A DNA stretch of 64,000 nt from an uncultured Verrucomicrobiae bacterium (GCA_963764165.1 CAVXRD010000004.1:160001-224000), one strand, 5' to 3'. Counted from the stretch's first letter, positions 31,143-40,292 are shown. The notes: generated by a model from the letters alone, not told the origin. Program-made: numbers and translations.

Positions 31143-31603
31143 AGCAATTTGCCCGCCACGTCCTGCAATCGGTTATGCGCCATGTTTATTCCGTTCGGCA
31201 TTCCCATTTTTACCTGTTGGTCACGCTTGGAAGCCGACTCATATATGACACGCATGTTGAGCTTGCTTGTGCCATCAGTGAGTTTGTCAAATTCCAGGAA
31301 TTCGAGCTGCACGCCAAAGGGCATGTTTTCCATCTCAAAGGTGCGCGTGATCTTCTGGTTCTCGGCGAACTCATGGATAACCCCGTTGAAGCCGTATCTG
31401 TTTCCCCGTGGATCGGTTGTTTCAAATTGGTAACTGCCGTGCTTCCTGCTTTCGAGCTTCAACACTTTCGTCCCCATCCACTGCTCCACGATGCCGGGCT
31501 CCACATGCGCTCGGAATAGCAGCTCTAGCGGCAAATCAAATTCCCGTGTAATTACCAATTCCTGCTTGCCGTCTTCGGCGGCGATTTTTGTTTTATGTTC
31601 CAT
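31139..31603 (-). CDS. SRPBCC/AHSA1-domain protein
   Basis: LVITREFDLP..LFRA and ITRTFEME. Confidence 0.88.
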   Translation of the reverse strand: MEHKTKIAAEDGKQELVITREFDLPLELLFRAHVEPGIVEQWMGTKVLKLESRKHGSYQFETTDPRGNRYGFNGVIHEFAENQKITRTFEMENMPFGVQLEFLEFDKLTDGTSKLNMRVIYESASKRDQQVKMGMPNGINMAHNRLQDVAGKLL

Positions 31604-31613
31604 ATATCTTATT

Positions 31614-31937
31614 TTATTTTTTCGATGCGTGTTGCCTCATGACTGCCTCCAATTTATTGAAGCGTCCGTCCCATAATTTTCTGAACGACTCGATGAAATC
31701 CGCCACCTCGGTCATTTTTTTCGCGTTAATGTGATAGTAAATCTCCCTGCCCTCCTGCTCCGGCTTGAGCAATTCGCATTCGGCAAGAATTTGAATGTGC
31801 CGCGAAATGGTTTGGCGCGATGACTTGAAATGATCGGCAATGTCCCCCGGCGTCAGCGCCTGCACCGCAAGCAAAGTGAGAATTGCCCTTCGTGTGGGGT
31901 CGGCGATTGCTTGAAATACGTCTCGTCTCGATTCCAT
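31614..31937 (-). CDS. ArsR/SmtB-family regulator
   Basis: [28 protein letters not shown]. Confidence 0.92.
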   Translation of the reverse strand: MESRRDVFQAIADPTRRAILTLLAVQALTPGDIADHFKSSRQTISRHIQILAECELLKPEQEGREIYYHINAKKMTEVADFIESFRKLWDGRFNKLEAVMRQHASKK

Positions 31938-31938
31938 T

Positions 31939-31984
31939 GCGCAGTTATGTGGCTGCGAATATACGCGCAGCTATTCGGCTGCGC
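31939..31984. promoter_or_regulatory. tandem inverted-repeat operators (ArsR-type)
   Basis: gCGCAGttatgtggCTGCGa and GCGCAGCtattcgGCTGCGC immediately upstream of the ArsR start. Confidence 0.7.
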
Positions 31985-32119
31985 AAGATTTATTTTGCCC
32001 CGCAAGAGGCCCATTCAAAAAATATTCGCCCCTCGTGTAATAATCCTCTCCTTCGCCGCGACTAATAAAATAAAGGTCCGAAACGGACTGAAAAAAAGAC
32101 AACACTTATGAAAATATCT

Positions 32120-33574
32120 CACAGCCATCCCACAGAAAATGAAAAAAGTGTTGGCTTTCCCGTATAAACCTGCCACACGGCAGGCATGAAAAACACGATT
32201 AAGCCAACACGGAGCCAGTTCAACATTTTGCGCCAGATTTGCAATCTTATTCCAAAGCTCGAAGCCGGTAAGATAGCTCGGGAGACTGGAGTAGAAGATC
32301 AGGCTCGCACCTTCAGTCCCTGGAGCCACACGGTCAGCCTGCTGCATGCGCAACTGACTCATTGCATTGGGCTCAACGATCTGTGCGATGGCCTGCGCTT
32401 GCGGTCCGGGGCCGCTGTCGACCATTCGAGGAGCCACCGCGCCCAGCCGCAACGGCCTGTCCCATGCCAACCGGGAGCGATCGCCCGAAATGGCCGAGAA
32501 GCTTTTCTGGCGGACCTTGGAACATCTGACCCAGCAGACGCCCGGCTTTGCGGCGGGAAAACGGCGGGGGCCGGCCTTCCGTTTCAAGATGCCCATCCAT
32601 GTCATCGACAGCACGACGATGGAACTGGTGGCCAACTGCCTGGACTGGGCCAAGCACCGCCGGCGCAAGGCGGCAGCCAAAACCCACATGCGCCTGAACC
32701 TGCAGAGCCTCCTGCCCAGTTTCGTCATCGTGGACACCGCCGCCGAGCACGACAACAAGCGGGCGCGCGAACTGTGCGCCGGCTTGAAAAGCGGCGAAAT
32801 CGTCTTGTTCGACAAGGGTTACGTGGACTTCCTCCATTTGCTGGATTTGGACTTGCGCGGGATTTTTTGGGTGACCAGAGCCAAGGAGAACATGGCCTAT
32901 GAGGTGAGGCGGGAAATGCCCGCCTCCAAGAATCCAAAGATTTTGCGCGACGAAGTGATCGTTCTGGGCAACGAAAACAAACCCGCCCCGGAACTGATGC
33001 GCCGGGTGGTGGCGCTGGTTGAGGTTGAGGGACAGGAGCGGGAGATGGTCTTCCTGACCAACAACCTGGAGTGGAGCCCGCGCAGCGTGGCCGACCTGTA
33101 TCGCTGCCGCTGGCAGATCGAAGTGTTCTTCAAGCAGATCAAGCAGACCCTGCAACTGGGCGATTTCCTGGGCCACAACGCCAACGCAGTGCGCTGGCAG
33201 GTGTGGACGGCGTTGTTAACCTATGTGCTGCTGCGCTATTTGAGCCATCTCTCCAAGTGGGCGCACAGCTTCACCCGCCTGTTCACCATATTGCGCGCCG
33301 TGCTGTGGGAGAAATATGATTTGCACCGGCTTCTAGCCTGCTATGGGACAGCAGGCGGTAGCTTTCGGAATCTAGCCCGGCCCGAGCAGGCCTATTTCCC
33401 CGGGTTCCTATGAGCTACAGCCTATGGGACAGCATCCGAACCCCAGCAAAGACAACCAAGGAGCCACCTCCGGAACGAACCAAAATTTCAGAACACAATT
33501 TCGCCAAAATGGGCGCGCTTCCATTGAAAATCAACCGGTTGCGTCACGATTCATCCCGTTATGGGACGGCTGTG
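32120..33574 (+). mobile_element. IS4-family insertion sequence, 1455 bp, with 9-bp TSD AAAATATCT
   Basis: Terminal inverted repeats CACAGCCATCCCA / TGGGACGGCTGTG; TSD at 32111-32119 and 33575-33583. Confidence 0.93.
32186..33413 (+). pseudogene. IS4-family DDE transposase with a +1 frameshift in GGGG at 32408-32411
   Basis: IDSTT, FDKGY and YRCRWQIEVFFK (YREK) motifs; N-terminal and catalytic parts are in different frames. Confidence 0.85.
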
Positions 33575-34354
33575 AAAATATCTGTATCCATAGAGCCGCG
33601 ATCAACATCCCGCTTGTCACTCCACTTTTGGAACACCGATCCGATACGCACATTTTTGGCGGTTATCGCCGCGGTTCTCTTCTCCACCGGTGCAGCGCAG
33701 GGGCAAGAGACGAATTCTTGCACCAGAGTGGCCAACCAACTTGTGAGCTTGATCAATGCGGGCAATTACGCCGGCATCCAGACCAATTTCAACAAGGAGA
33801 TGGACGCGGCGCTGCCGCTGGACAAATCGAAGGCGTTTTTCCGCAGGCTGTCGCAGCAGGCGGGAAGGATACAGAAACTCGGCGAGCCGCGGCCCGAGGG
33901 CGTGGCGATGGTTTATTCCGCGAAGTTCGAACGGGGCACGTTCGATATGCAGATCGCGCTGGACGATCACGGGTTGATTGCCGGCCTTCTCTTCAAACCG
34001 CACACGGCGACGAAACCCGCGCTGGAAAACCATCAGGCGCAGTTGGATCGCTACACGAAAGTTGCCAGCCAACTCGTCGAGTTGATCAACGCGGGCAGCT
34101 ACGCCAGCATCCAAGCCAAATTCAACAAGGAGATGGACACAGCGCTGCCGCTGGATAAATTGACCGAGTTCTTCAAAGGGCTGACGCAACAGGCGGGGAA
34201 AATTCAAAAGATCGGCCCGCCGCAACCCGCCGGCGAAGGGATGGTTTTCCCCGCGGAATTCGAAAAGGCCGCGGTCGACATGCAGCTTGCGCTGGACGGC
34301 AGTGGCCGGATCGCGGGGCTTACCTTCACGCCGCACGCGCCGGCGAAGCCCTAG
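33572..34354 (+). CDS. secreted protein with two tandem DUF3887-like domains; original ATG at 32108, IS-supplied GTG at 33572
   Basis: Signal peptide ..FSTGAAQG; internal duplication of LINAG.YA.IQ..FNKEMD.ALPLDK...IAGL.F.PH. Confidence 0.8.
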   Translation: MKISVSIEPRSTSRLSLHFWNTDPIRTFLAVIAAVLFSTGAAQGQETNSCTRVANQLVSLINAGNYAGIQTNFNKEMDAALPLDKSKAFFRRLSQQAGRIQKLGEPRPEGVAMVYSAKFERGTFDMQIALDDHGLIAGLLFKPHTATKPALENHQAQLDRYTKVASQLVELINAGSYASIQAKFNKEMDTALPLDKLTEFFKGLTQQAGKIQKIGPPQPAGEGMVFPAEFEKAAVDMQLALDGSGRIAGLTFTPHAPAKP

Positions 34355-34371
34355 TCTGCTCATATAAAAAA

Positions 34372-34902
34372 TTGCGATTGAATTCGACGCCCGCAGACGA
34401 ACGCAAGTTCCTGGAGCTGGTGAATGAGAATCAAAACAGGATTCTCAGGGTCTGCCGCGTCTATGCCTGGAATTCCGCTGACCAGGACGATTTGTATCAG
34501 GAAATCCTGTCCCAGATTTGGCGCGGCCTGCCCGGCCTGAAAGTAGAAAAATTCGCCAACACCTGGCTTTATCGCGTGGCCATCAACTGCGCCATGTCAT
34601 TCGTCCGCAAGCGCGCATCACGCTCTGAACGAGTCGTTCATTTCGAGCCCGCCGACCTGACGCGCGCGATTGAATCGCGGCAGACAATTGAAGAGAACAA
34701 GGATGACCGAATTGCAAATCTTTACACGGCCATCTACAAACTGGACGCGATAGAGAAAGCTCTCGTCACCCTTTTCCTGGAAGACTTCACCTACGAACAA
34801 ATCGCGGAAGCCACGGGCATCAACGCCAATCACGTGGGCGTCATGCTGCACCGGGCCAAGAAAAAGCTTTCCGCTCTGATGAAGGAGGCGCCAAGTGAAT
34901 GA
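34372..34902 (+). CDS. ECF sigma factor
   Basis: DDLYQEI, TWLYRVAIN and YEQIAEATGI...VGVMLHRAK; start uncertain. Confidence 0.9.
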   Translation: MRLNSTPADERKFLELVNENQNRILRVCRVYAWNSADQDDLYQEILSQIWRGLPGLKVEKFANTWLYRVAINCAMSFVRKRASRSERVVHFEPADLTRAIESRQTIEENKDDRIANLYTAIYKLDAIEKALVTLFLEDFTYEQIAEATGINANHVGVMLHRAKKKLSALMKEAPSE

Positions 34903-36394
34903 CGACGATTTGAAGAAACTTTGGCAGCAGCAGCCGCTGAGGGTGCCGGACATATCGGCGGCGCAACTGGTTTCGGCCATGCAAAGCAAGACGAGCCAGC
35001 TTCGCCGCATCGTGGACGCGCGCGATCTTCGTGAAGTTCTGGCCAGCGCCTTTGTTATCATTATTTTTGGAATTTTCTATTTCACTATATATAACAATCC
35101 GATTTCGCGTGTCGGCGACTTGATTGTCATTGGGGGCGCGATATTTATTGCCTGGAAGCTTGTTTACACCCGCCGGTCTCATCCGCCCGCGCCGCCGGGA
35201 GCGGCTACCGTAGAATCTCTGCGGGCGGAACTGAATTCGGTGCGCGCTCAGTCGCGTCTATTGGGGTCGGTTCTGTGGTGGTACCTGCTCCCGCTGGCTA
35301 TCGGCGAGTTGATCGCTACCTGGGGCCTGCAGATCGATCTCTTTTCCAAAAGTTTTGGCGCGTTGATTTTCATTGCGGTAAATGCGTTCATCTATCGGCT
35401 CAATCAGCGGGCGCGGGCCAAACAGCTTCTTCCCGTCGAAGCGCAATTGGAATCGCTGCTTCATTCAGCCGAAACCGGCGAGCCGCTGGATGCAACGCAG
35501 GCAGCAAGTCTTCGTCCGATAGTGGTTTCGATGGCAGCCGCCGGCCATGTAAAACCCGCTGAATTCAAAGTCGCTTTTTGGCAAATCGCCATTCCTGGCG
35601 TAGCCGGATTTGTCGGAATATGGTTCTTTTTGATGATTGGCCTGGGCGTTTACCATGAAAACTGGAAGCCCAAAGAGCCGGCCGTTCAGTCCAATCCCGC
35701 TGCGGAAACAAATCGCTACTTCGTCGTCGTTCAGAAGGCAGTTGAGCTGTTCAACGCAGGCGATTACGCCGCCATGCAAAAGCTATACAATCCGGGAATG
35801 GCTCAGGCGTTTCCGCCACAGAAAAATTCCGCGTTTTATACCGACCTCGCAACACGTTGCGGCAAGATCGAAAGCTTCGACGGGCCCACCACCAACGGCT
35901 ATCACGGCTGGACCGCGTTCTGGCTGCATTGCCAGCACGATGAGTTGGTCATGAGTCTCGCGCTGGATGCGAATGGCAAAATCGCCGGAATCTATTTCCA
36001 GCCTGCCTGGCTTTACCTGGATATCAAATTGTTCATCGCCCGATCTTTCAATTGGCCGCACATGGTTTTGCTCGTGCCCTTCTTTTTGGCCGGGTTGCTA
36101 TATTCAAGAATGCTCCAAAAACTCACGGAGCGCGCGGTGGGGATCAGCACCCTGGGAATTCATCTGCATAAAGGACGAAACCTCGTTCTCTGGGACGAAA
36201 TAAAAGAGGTCCGGCTGCTGAGGATCCTAAATATTCACTCCCTTTGGTTGATCAAAGAATCCGGCGAAAAGACAATCATGCCTTGGAGTTCCTTGGACCG
36301 ACATTCAGACTTGAAGGCGGCGGTGGAAGCCTTTGCCCCGGCAAACCATCCCATACGAAAACACCTGTCTCTGCTAAAACGAACGAGCAGGTAA
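34895..36394 (+). CDS. multi-TM putative anti-sigma/sensor protein with a DUF3887-like domain
   Basis: DDLKKLWQ N-terminus, several TM helices, and an FNAGDYAAM...LALDANGKIAGIYFQP domain. Confidence 0.75.
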   Translation: MNDDDLKKLWQQQPLRVPDISAAQLVSAMQSKTSQLRRIVDARDLREVLASAFVIIIFGIFYFTIYNNPISRVGDLIVIGGAIFIAWKLVYTRRSHPPAPPGAATVESLRAELNSVRAQSRLLGSVLWWYLLPLAIGELIATWGLQIDLFSKSFGALIFIAVNAFIYRLNQRARAKQLLPVEAQLESLLHSAETGEPLDATQAASLRPIVVSMAAAGHVKPAEFKVAFWQIAIPGVAGFVGIWFFLMIGLGVYHENWKPKEPAVQSNPAAETNRYFVVVQKAVELFNAGDYAAMQKLYNPGMAQAFPPQKNSAFYTDLATRCGKIESFDGPTTNGYHGWTAFWLHCQHDELVMSLALDANGKIAGIYFQPAWLYLDIKLFIARSFNWPHMVLLVPFFLAGLLYSRMLQKLTERAVGISTLGIHLHKGRNLVLWDEIKEVRLLRILNIHSLWLIKESGEKTIMPWSSLDRHSDLKAAVEAFAPANHPIRKHLSLLKRTSR

Positions 36395-36416
36395 AGGGAA
36401 TCAAACCCTCTTTTCG

Positions 36417-36530
36417 ATGCGAATAGTTATATAATCTCCAAAAAGTGGCAACATCCGTTACACTGTTGATTATAAAGCATTTAAGTGGCAACAAAAATGG
36501 CAACAAGGTGGCAACAAACCGGCAACATTT
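36417..36530. repeat. dispersed intergenic element, copy 3, with phased GGCAAC units
   Basis: Matches 4425-4504 and 4610-4702; ends ggcaacaaaaat-ggcaacaaggt-ggcaacaaacc-ggcaacatt. Confidence 0.8.
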
Positions 36531-36541
36531 TGGAAAAGGTT

Positions 36542-36723
36542 GAGCGCGGCTGTGTTGAAGACCAGCCGCAGCCACTTCGAAATAAGGGGCACGTTGGAAA
36601 GAGCACCGCGACTCGCCAGCCGCAGTTCCGAAGTTTTGACATGCTTTTCGGAGATGGCCGCAACAAGATTCGCCTTCGGTTGTTTGAGTATTGCTGCGGC
36701 TGGTCTTCGATACAGCCGCGCTC
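36542..36723. repeat. REP-like inverted repeat (GCGCGGCTGTGTYGAAGACCAGCCGC family)
   Basis: Two arms in inverted orientation; a second element lies at 56675-56769. Confidence 0.8.
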
Positions 36724-36818
36724 CGCCTGTCGGACTGCGTCCATCACCGCTTTTAATTGCGCCCGCCGCAACTCTTCGGGTTTGCGCGCCTGATTTCGAT
36801 TCCGAGTAAAGTGGCCTG

Positions 36819-37028
36819 ATGACAGCGGCAAAAGTTATTGAGGAAATCATGCATCTCCCTCGTGAAGAGCAATCCCAGGTCCTCGAATTTGCTCTTGAAC
36901 TCAAGCGCAAGCGCCAGCTTTCGGGAAAGGAGTTATCCTCGTTGGCGCAACGGATGGTTGACTCGGACGATCCCATTGAGGTGGAACGAATGAAATCGGA
37001 GATCATGCGCGGCTTTTACGGAGACTAG
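36819..37028 (+). CDS. small hypothetical protein, antitoxin-like
   Basis: 69-aa ATG ORF; MTAAKVIEEIMHLPREEQ pattern typical of small addiction-module components; the following ORF appears decayed. Confidence 0.6.
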   Translation: MTAAKVIEEIMHLPREEQSQVLEFALELKRKRQLSGKELSSLAQRMVDSDDPIEVERMKSEIMRGFYGD

Positions 37029-37124
37029 CCGTGCCGCGAATCCGAGAGAAGCCATCCCGCGAACCTGTTGGCCCAGATAGGTGAGCGCTGAAATCAATTT
37101 GTTGAAAATGCTATGGCGGGTGTG

Positions 37125-37196
37125 AGTGCCATTAGGCACGGCATATTTGTAGCAACCACGACGAAAGAGTCCCAAGCCCCGTAGGGAGCGACATAT
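37125..37196. repeat. REP-like arm (GCCCCGTAGGG.GCGACATAT family)
   Basis: Inverted relative to 37831-37900. Confidence 0.65.
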
Positions 37197-37249
37197 TCCG
37201 GGCACAAAAGCAGCCAATGCCAGCCGGTTGACGATGCCGCTCCTGACGC

Positions 37250-37542
37250 GCCGACCGTGATATTGGACGCGATCAAAGGCTTGTGCCCCATGGCCGCCAG
37301 CACCGAAACGAGCGTCGTCTTCCCGCACCGTTTTTCCGGCGATTCAATCGCCACAGAAGCCACCGCATCGCGCAGCTCGAAGGTATAAGTGTGCAGCACC
37401 CACACCGCCAAAGCCGCCGCAGCGTGCTCATTGAGCACGACATGCCGCGTGATGACCGCTTCAATATCCGTCAACAACCCGCCAAATCGACCGCCTCTGG
37501 GTATGGCGGCACCGCGTCAAAGAGAAAAGAATCCTGTTTCAT
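37250..37542 (-). pseudogene. truncated, frameshifted DUF3631-like (mobile-element ATPase) gene
   Basis: PYPEAVDLA/LTDIEAVITRHVVL...LAVWVLHTY...SPEKRCGKTTL (Walker A); frameshift near 37476; ends abruptly. Confidence 0.65.
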
Positions 37543-37614
37543 AATTGTCATTTTTCCGTTTGATCCTGCCACCGCCACTTGGACAAAGCTGTCTAGGAGG
37601 GCAGATTTCTTAAT

Positions 37615-37764
37615 GGTAGCGGACCGTCCCGGTCGCCTCCAATCGGCGTCCCGCCAAGTGGCCGCCGCGATCAAAAGTGCCGGTCCTGGATGGACAAAGG
37701 CATCTGAAACTAAAGATGCATTCGGCGGGACGCCAAATGCGGCGGTCGAGACGCCCGCGCTCCC
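37615..37764. repeat. REP-like inverted repeat (GG.AGCG.CCGTCCCGG / CGAGACGCCCGCGCTCCC family)
   Basis: Imperfect palindromic arms in non-coding DNA. Confidence 0.5.
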
Positions 37765-37830
37765 ATGGATTCAACTGAACCGCTCCGGTCAAGCTCCGTA
37801 GACGCGGTACAGTTCGAGTAACGTCAAAGC

Positions 37831-37900
37831 ATATGTCGCCCCTACGAGCCTTAATTCCAGAGAATGCGGGGTTCTACAACGATGTCGCACCTACGGCGCT
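37831..37900. repeat. REP-like arm (ATATGTCGCCCCTACG..CTACAAC..GCACCTACGGCGCT)
   Basis: Complementary to 37125-37196; same family as 13976-14043. Confidence 0.65.
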
Positions 37901-38008
37901 GCTAAAAAGCGAAATGCGGTCGGCGAGGGCGCCAACCGCATCTTAGACGTCGGAAATTAGATGCGTCTGCCCTGACGAGTATGATTGAATGTGGGTGAGC
38001 CTCTCAAA

Positions 38009-38081
38009 AATATTTGGGCGGCGACGCAGCGCCGCCTTACCTCAATTTGGTAGGGCGGACCTGCGTGTCCGCCCAAATATT
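38009..38081. repeat. GTAG-type REP doublet (GGTAGGGCGGACCTGCGTGTCCGCC), left of the island
   Basis: Two back-to-back palindromes with spacer TCAATTT; partner at 43021-43086. Confidence 0.85.
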
Positions 38082-38225
38082 CTCACCTGCTTTCAATCGC
38101 ACCCTGCGGGGAGGGCGCCTCTCACAATACACCCGGCTTGTCGAGCAGGTTGAAGCATGGTAAACTTGGGAAATGAGCGCGACATTGACGATCAATTTGG
38201 ACGCGGACGGAGCGCCCTCAAAATA

Positions 38226-38318
38226 GGGGGCAAACATAATCACATATTTGGCACAGAGATGCCACATTGGGCCGTGAAAACAGGAGATGCAAATATGCAA
38301 TCGTACTGGACTGACACC
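38226..38318. mobile_element. 93-bp miniature element made of two inverted RAYT-like ends
   Basis: Left end GGGGGCAAACATAATCACATATTTG; right end CAAATATGCAATCGTACTGGACTGACACC (20/26 identical to the end at 5790-5815). Confidence 0.6.
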
Positions 38319-38359
38319 TCCATTCCACGCCAGCAAATCTTTCACCGGAACCAAGGGAA

Positions 38360-38446
38360 AGCAAAACTGACCACGGCGGAAGTCAAAGCCTGGATTAGAT
38401 AGAGGCGGCGGTGAGCGGCAGTTTCGTTGTGGATGCGTCCGTCGCG
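38360..38446 (+). pseudogene. vapBC-like remnant: antitoxin tail plus PIN-toxin N-terminus
   Basis: ..KLTTAEVKAWIR*RRR* overlapping GTG-SGSFVVDASVA (PIN first-strand VVDAS motif), then truncated. Confidence 0.5.
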
Positions 38447-38490
38447 TCTCCTTTTCCGCTTTCCCGCTCACGCTTACAGCTACAAACTCC

Positions 38491-39306
38491 TTAATTGGAT
38501 ATCTTCAACCGCTGCATGGACTTGAGTGCTCTACTTGCAGCAGACTGGACCAAAGGCTCGGCGTCATTACTCCATTCCCTCAGCGCCGAAGCAACCGCCT
38601 CATCGTAACCTTCATTCCTCTCTAAAACATGAATAACCTCCAATCGCTGATCGCCGTCTAAGACTTTCGCTCCTATTCTAATAAGAGATGGAAATCCTCG
38701 AGGCCCGAAAGCACCGATGCATTTGACCGTCGTACAAAATGCGCTATAATTGACCATCTCTTGTTCAACAGGAATTTTAGATCGTGGATGGGCCAAAACG
38801 TTTGCTCGTTCCTCCAATTTCGGAATTATGTGGCTAACGCTGTCTCCCAATACTCTAAATGCCAAAACGATAGCTTCGCCATTCGGCCCTTCGTCCAGCG
38901 GAGAGACCCGTGGCGACACAAAGGCACTTATTCTCACTTTCAACCGGGACCAAACACCCGGCTCAGTCAATAATGCAGATGGTCGACGCGTGTCCAAATT
39001 ATAATCCTTAGACAACCAATATAATAAAGTTGGAATGCATTTAGAACCCATACCTCTAATTGCATGCACCGTGTCAGGAGGAGGACTAAACCCACCAAAA
39101 TCGTGGTCGTAATGCGGTAAATCCGATACCCAGTCCGATAGAGTCCTTCCGTCATAAGAGGGGTCTAGCGCAGGTGTCGCCCAGAGATCTACAAAAATAA
39201 TAGATATGCAGACGATAAGCAGTATAACTATAACTATCGATATTTTACTTAAAGTCCTACCTCGAAGGGATCGCCCAGGATAATCACATATTTGACACAA
39301 TCTCAT
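38491..39306 (-). CDS. membrane-anchored HEAT-repeat-like hypothetical protein
   Basis: TM segment ISIVIVILLIVCISIIFV; PSYDGRTLSDW, AIRGMG..IPTLL and D..PLVQSAASRAL; AT-rich; ATG overlaps the REase stop. Confidence 0.7.
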   Translation of the reverse strand: MRLCQICDYPGRSLRGRTLSKISIVIVILLIVCISIIFVDLWATPALDPSYDGRTLSDWVSDLPHYDHDFGGFSPPPDTVHAIRGMGSKCIPTLLYWLSKDYNLDTRRPSALLTEPGVWSRLKVRISAFVSPRVSPLDEGPNGEAIVLAFRVLGDSVSHIIPKLEERANVLAHPRSKIPVEQEMVNYSAFCTTVKCIGAFGPRGFPSLIRIGAKVLDGDQRLEVIHVLERNEGYDEAVASALREWSNDAEPLVQSAASRALKSMQRLKISN

Positions 39307-40292
39307 TTTGGCAGCACATCAGGATACGGTCCAAGAAACCGTTCACCATTGAAATGAATCATATGGTCGGGGTCTTCCGCGATCCATACTTCGGATTCCC
39401 ATGCTATTTGTGAGACAAATGATTGCATGATCCGGCGGGTTTCAAACGCGGTGACAAAAACGAGGCCCGCCTTGCAGCCCGCAAATAATTCTTTGAGTTC
39501 CTTGCGACGTTTGCCGTCCACAGGCCCCGCACTTGTGACGGCTTCGATCAGCAATAGCCAATTTTTTTCGGTGTGGTGAACGATGACATCAGGAATTTTG
39601 GCGGCTGAGTCCAGTGTGACACCGAGAGACTTGAGGCGTTCAACCTCAAGATGAACGAATTTGTTTTCCGTGTCGCCGATGTAGATGACAACGCCGCCCG
39701 GAGCAAAGGCAGGACAAAATTGCTCGATGATTGCTTTGATGAGGGGATTCTGCCCACCCGGCGAAAGCGCCACCTGCGAACCGTCAGGCAATGTGACGGG
39801 CACGCGTGCGAGAGTCCGTTTCCGGGTAATCTCGTCCTTAATGGTCTCCCTGCTAGCAAGGTATTTTCCGACCGCCGGAGTCCATTTTCCGGTTCCAAAA
39901 GTCCGCAGCAATGCGAGTGCCGATGGTTCAATCTGATAGACCGTCTTCCCGCTGTTTGTTGGCCGATTTGGGTCGTCAGGGTTGCGGAGCAGCAATCCAG
40001 CCTCCACAAAAAACTTTACGGCATCGTCTCGAATTGTTTCACGAGTGTTGGGCGCGTAGCGAACCCCATATGCTTCGGCGATAAAATCGATGACTGGCGT
40101 GATGCCACGAAGGGGTGCTTGTGCATCTTCCCAAGAAACCTCTGGCCGAAGATCAAGCAACGCAAGCAAAGTGTAGGCGGCAGTCTCGTTTCTTTGCCTT
40201 GGCCCAAACTGCAACGCGGCAAGAATTTCGCCAGTTTCAGCGAGTTTCTGTTTTCGTGATTTTTCTAAACGATTTGGCCTATTGGTGGGCAT
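39303..40292 (-). CDS. BsuBI/PstI-family type II restriction endonuclease
   Basis: YAPNTRETIR, NPDDPNRPTNS, LSPGG, KIPDV and LIEAVTS.GP, WESEVW, HMIHFNGERFLGPY. Confidence 0.92.
   Translation of the reverse strand: MPTNRPNRLEKSRKQKLAETGEILAALQFGPRQRNETAAYTLLALLDLRPEVSWEDAQAPLRGITPVIDFIAEAYGVRYAPNTRETIRDDAVKFFVEAGLLLRNPDDPNRPTNSGKTVYQIEPSALALLRTFGTGKWTPAVGKYLASRETIKDEITRKRTLARVPVTLPDGSQVALSPGGQNPLIKAIIEQFCPAFAPGGVVIYIGDTENKFVHLEVERLKSLGVTLDSAAKIPDVIVHHTEKNWLLLIEAVTSAGPVDGKRRKELKELFAGCKAGLVFVTAFETRRIMQSFVSQIAWESEVWIAEDPDHMIHFNGERFLGPYPDVLPK

Noticed and set aside
32408..32411. Programmed frameshift in the IS4 transposase
   Set aside because: IS4-family transposases are normally single ORFs and there is no slippery heptamer; mutation or sequencing error is more likely
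33410..33571. N-terminal extension of the 314-aa ORF
   Set aside because: Lies inside the IS right end; the TSD shows the native gene began ATG AAA ATA TCT
36417..38320. Repeat-dense region as a CRISPR array or integron attC array
   Set aside because: No constant repeat with regular unique spacers, no cas or intI gene, and no convincing RYYYAAC...GTTRRRY attC pairs
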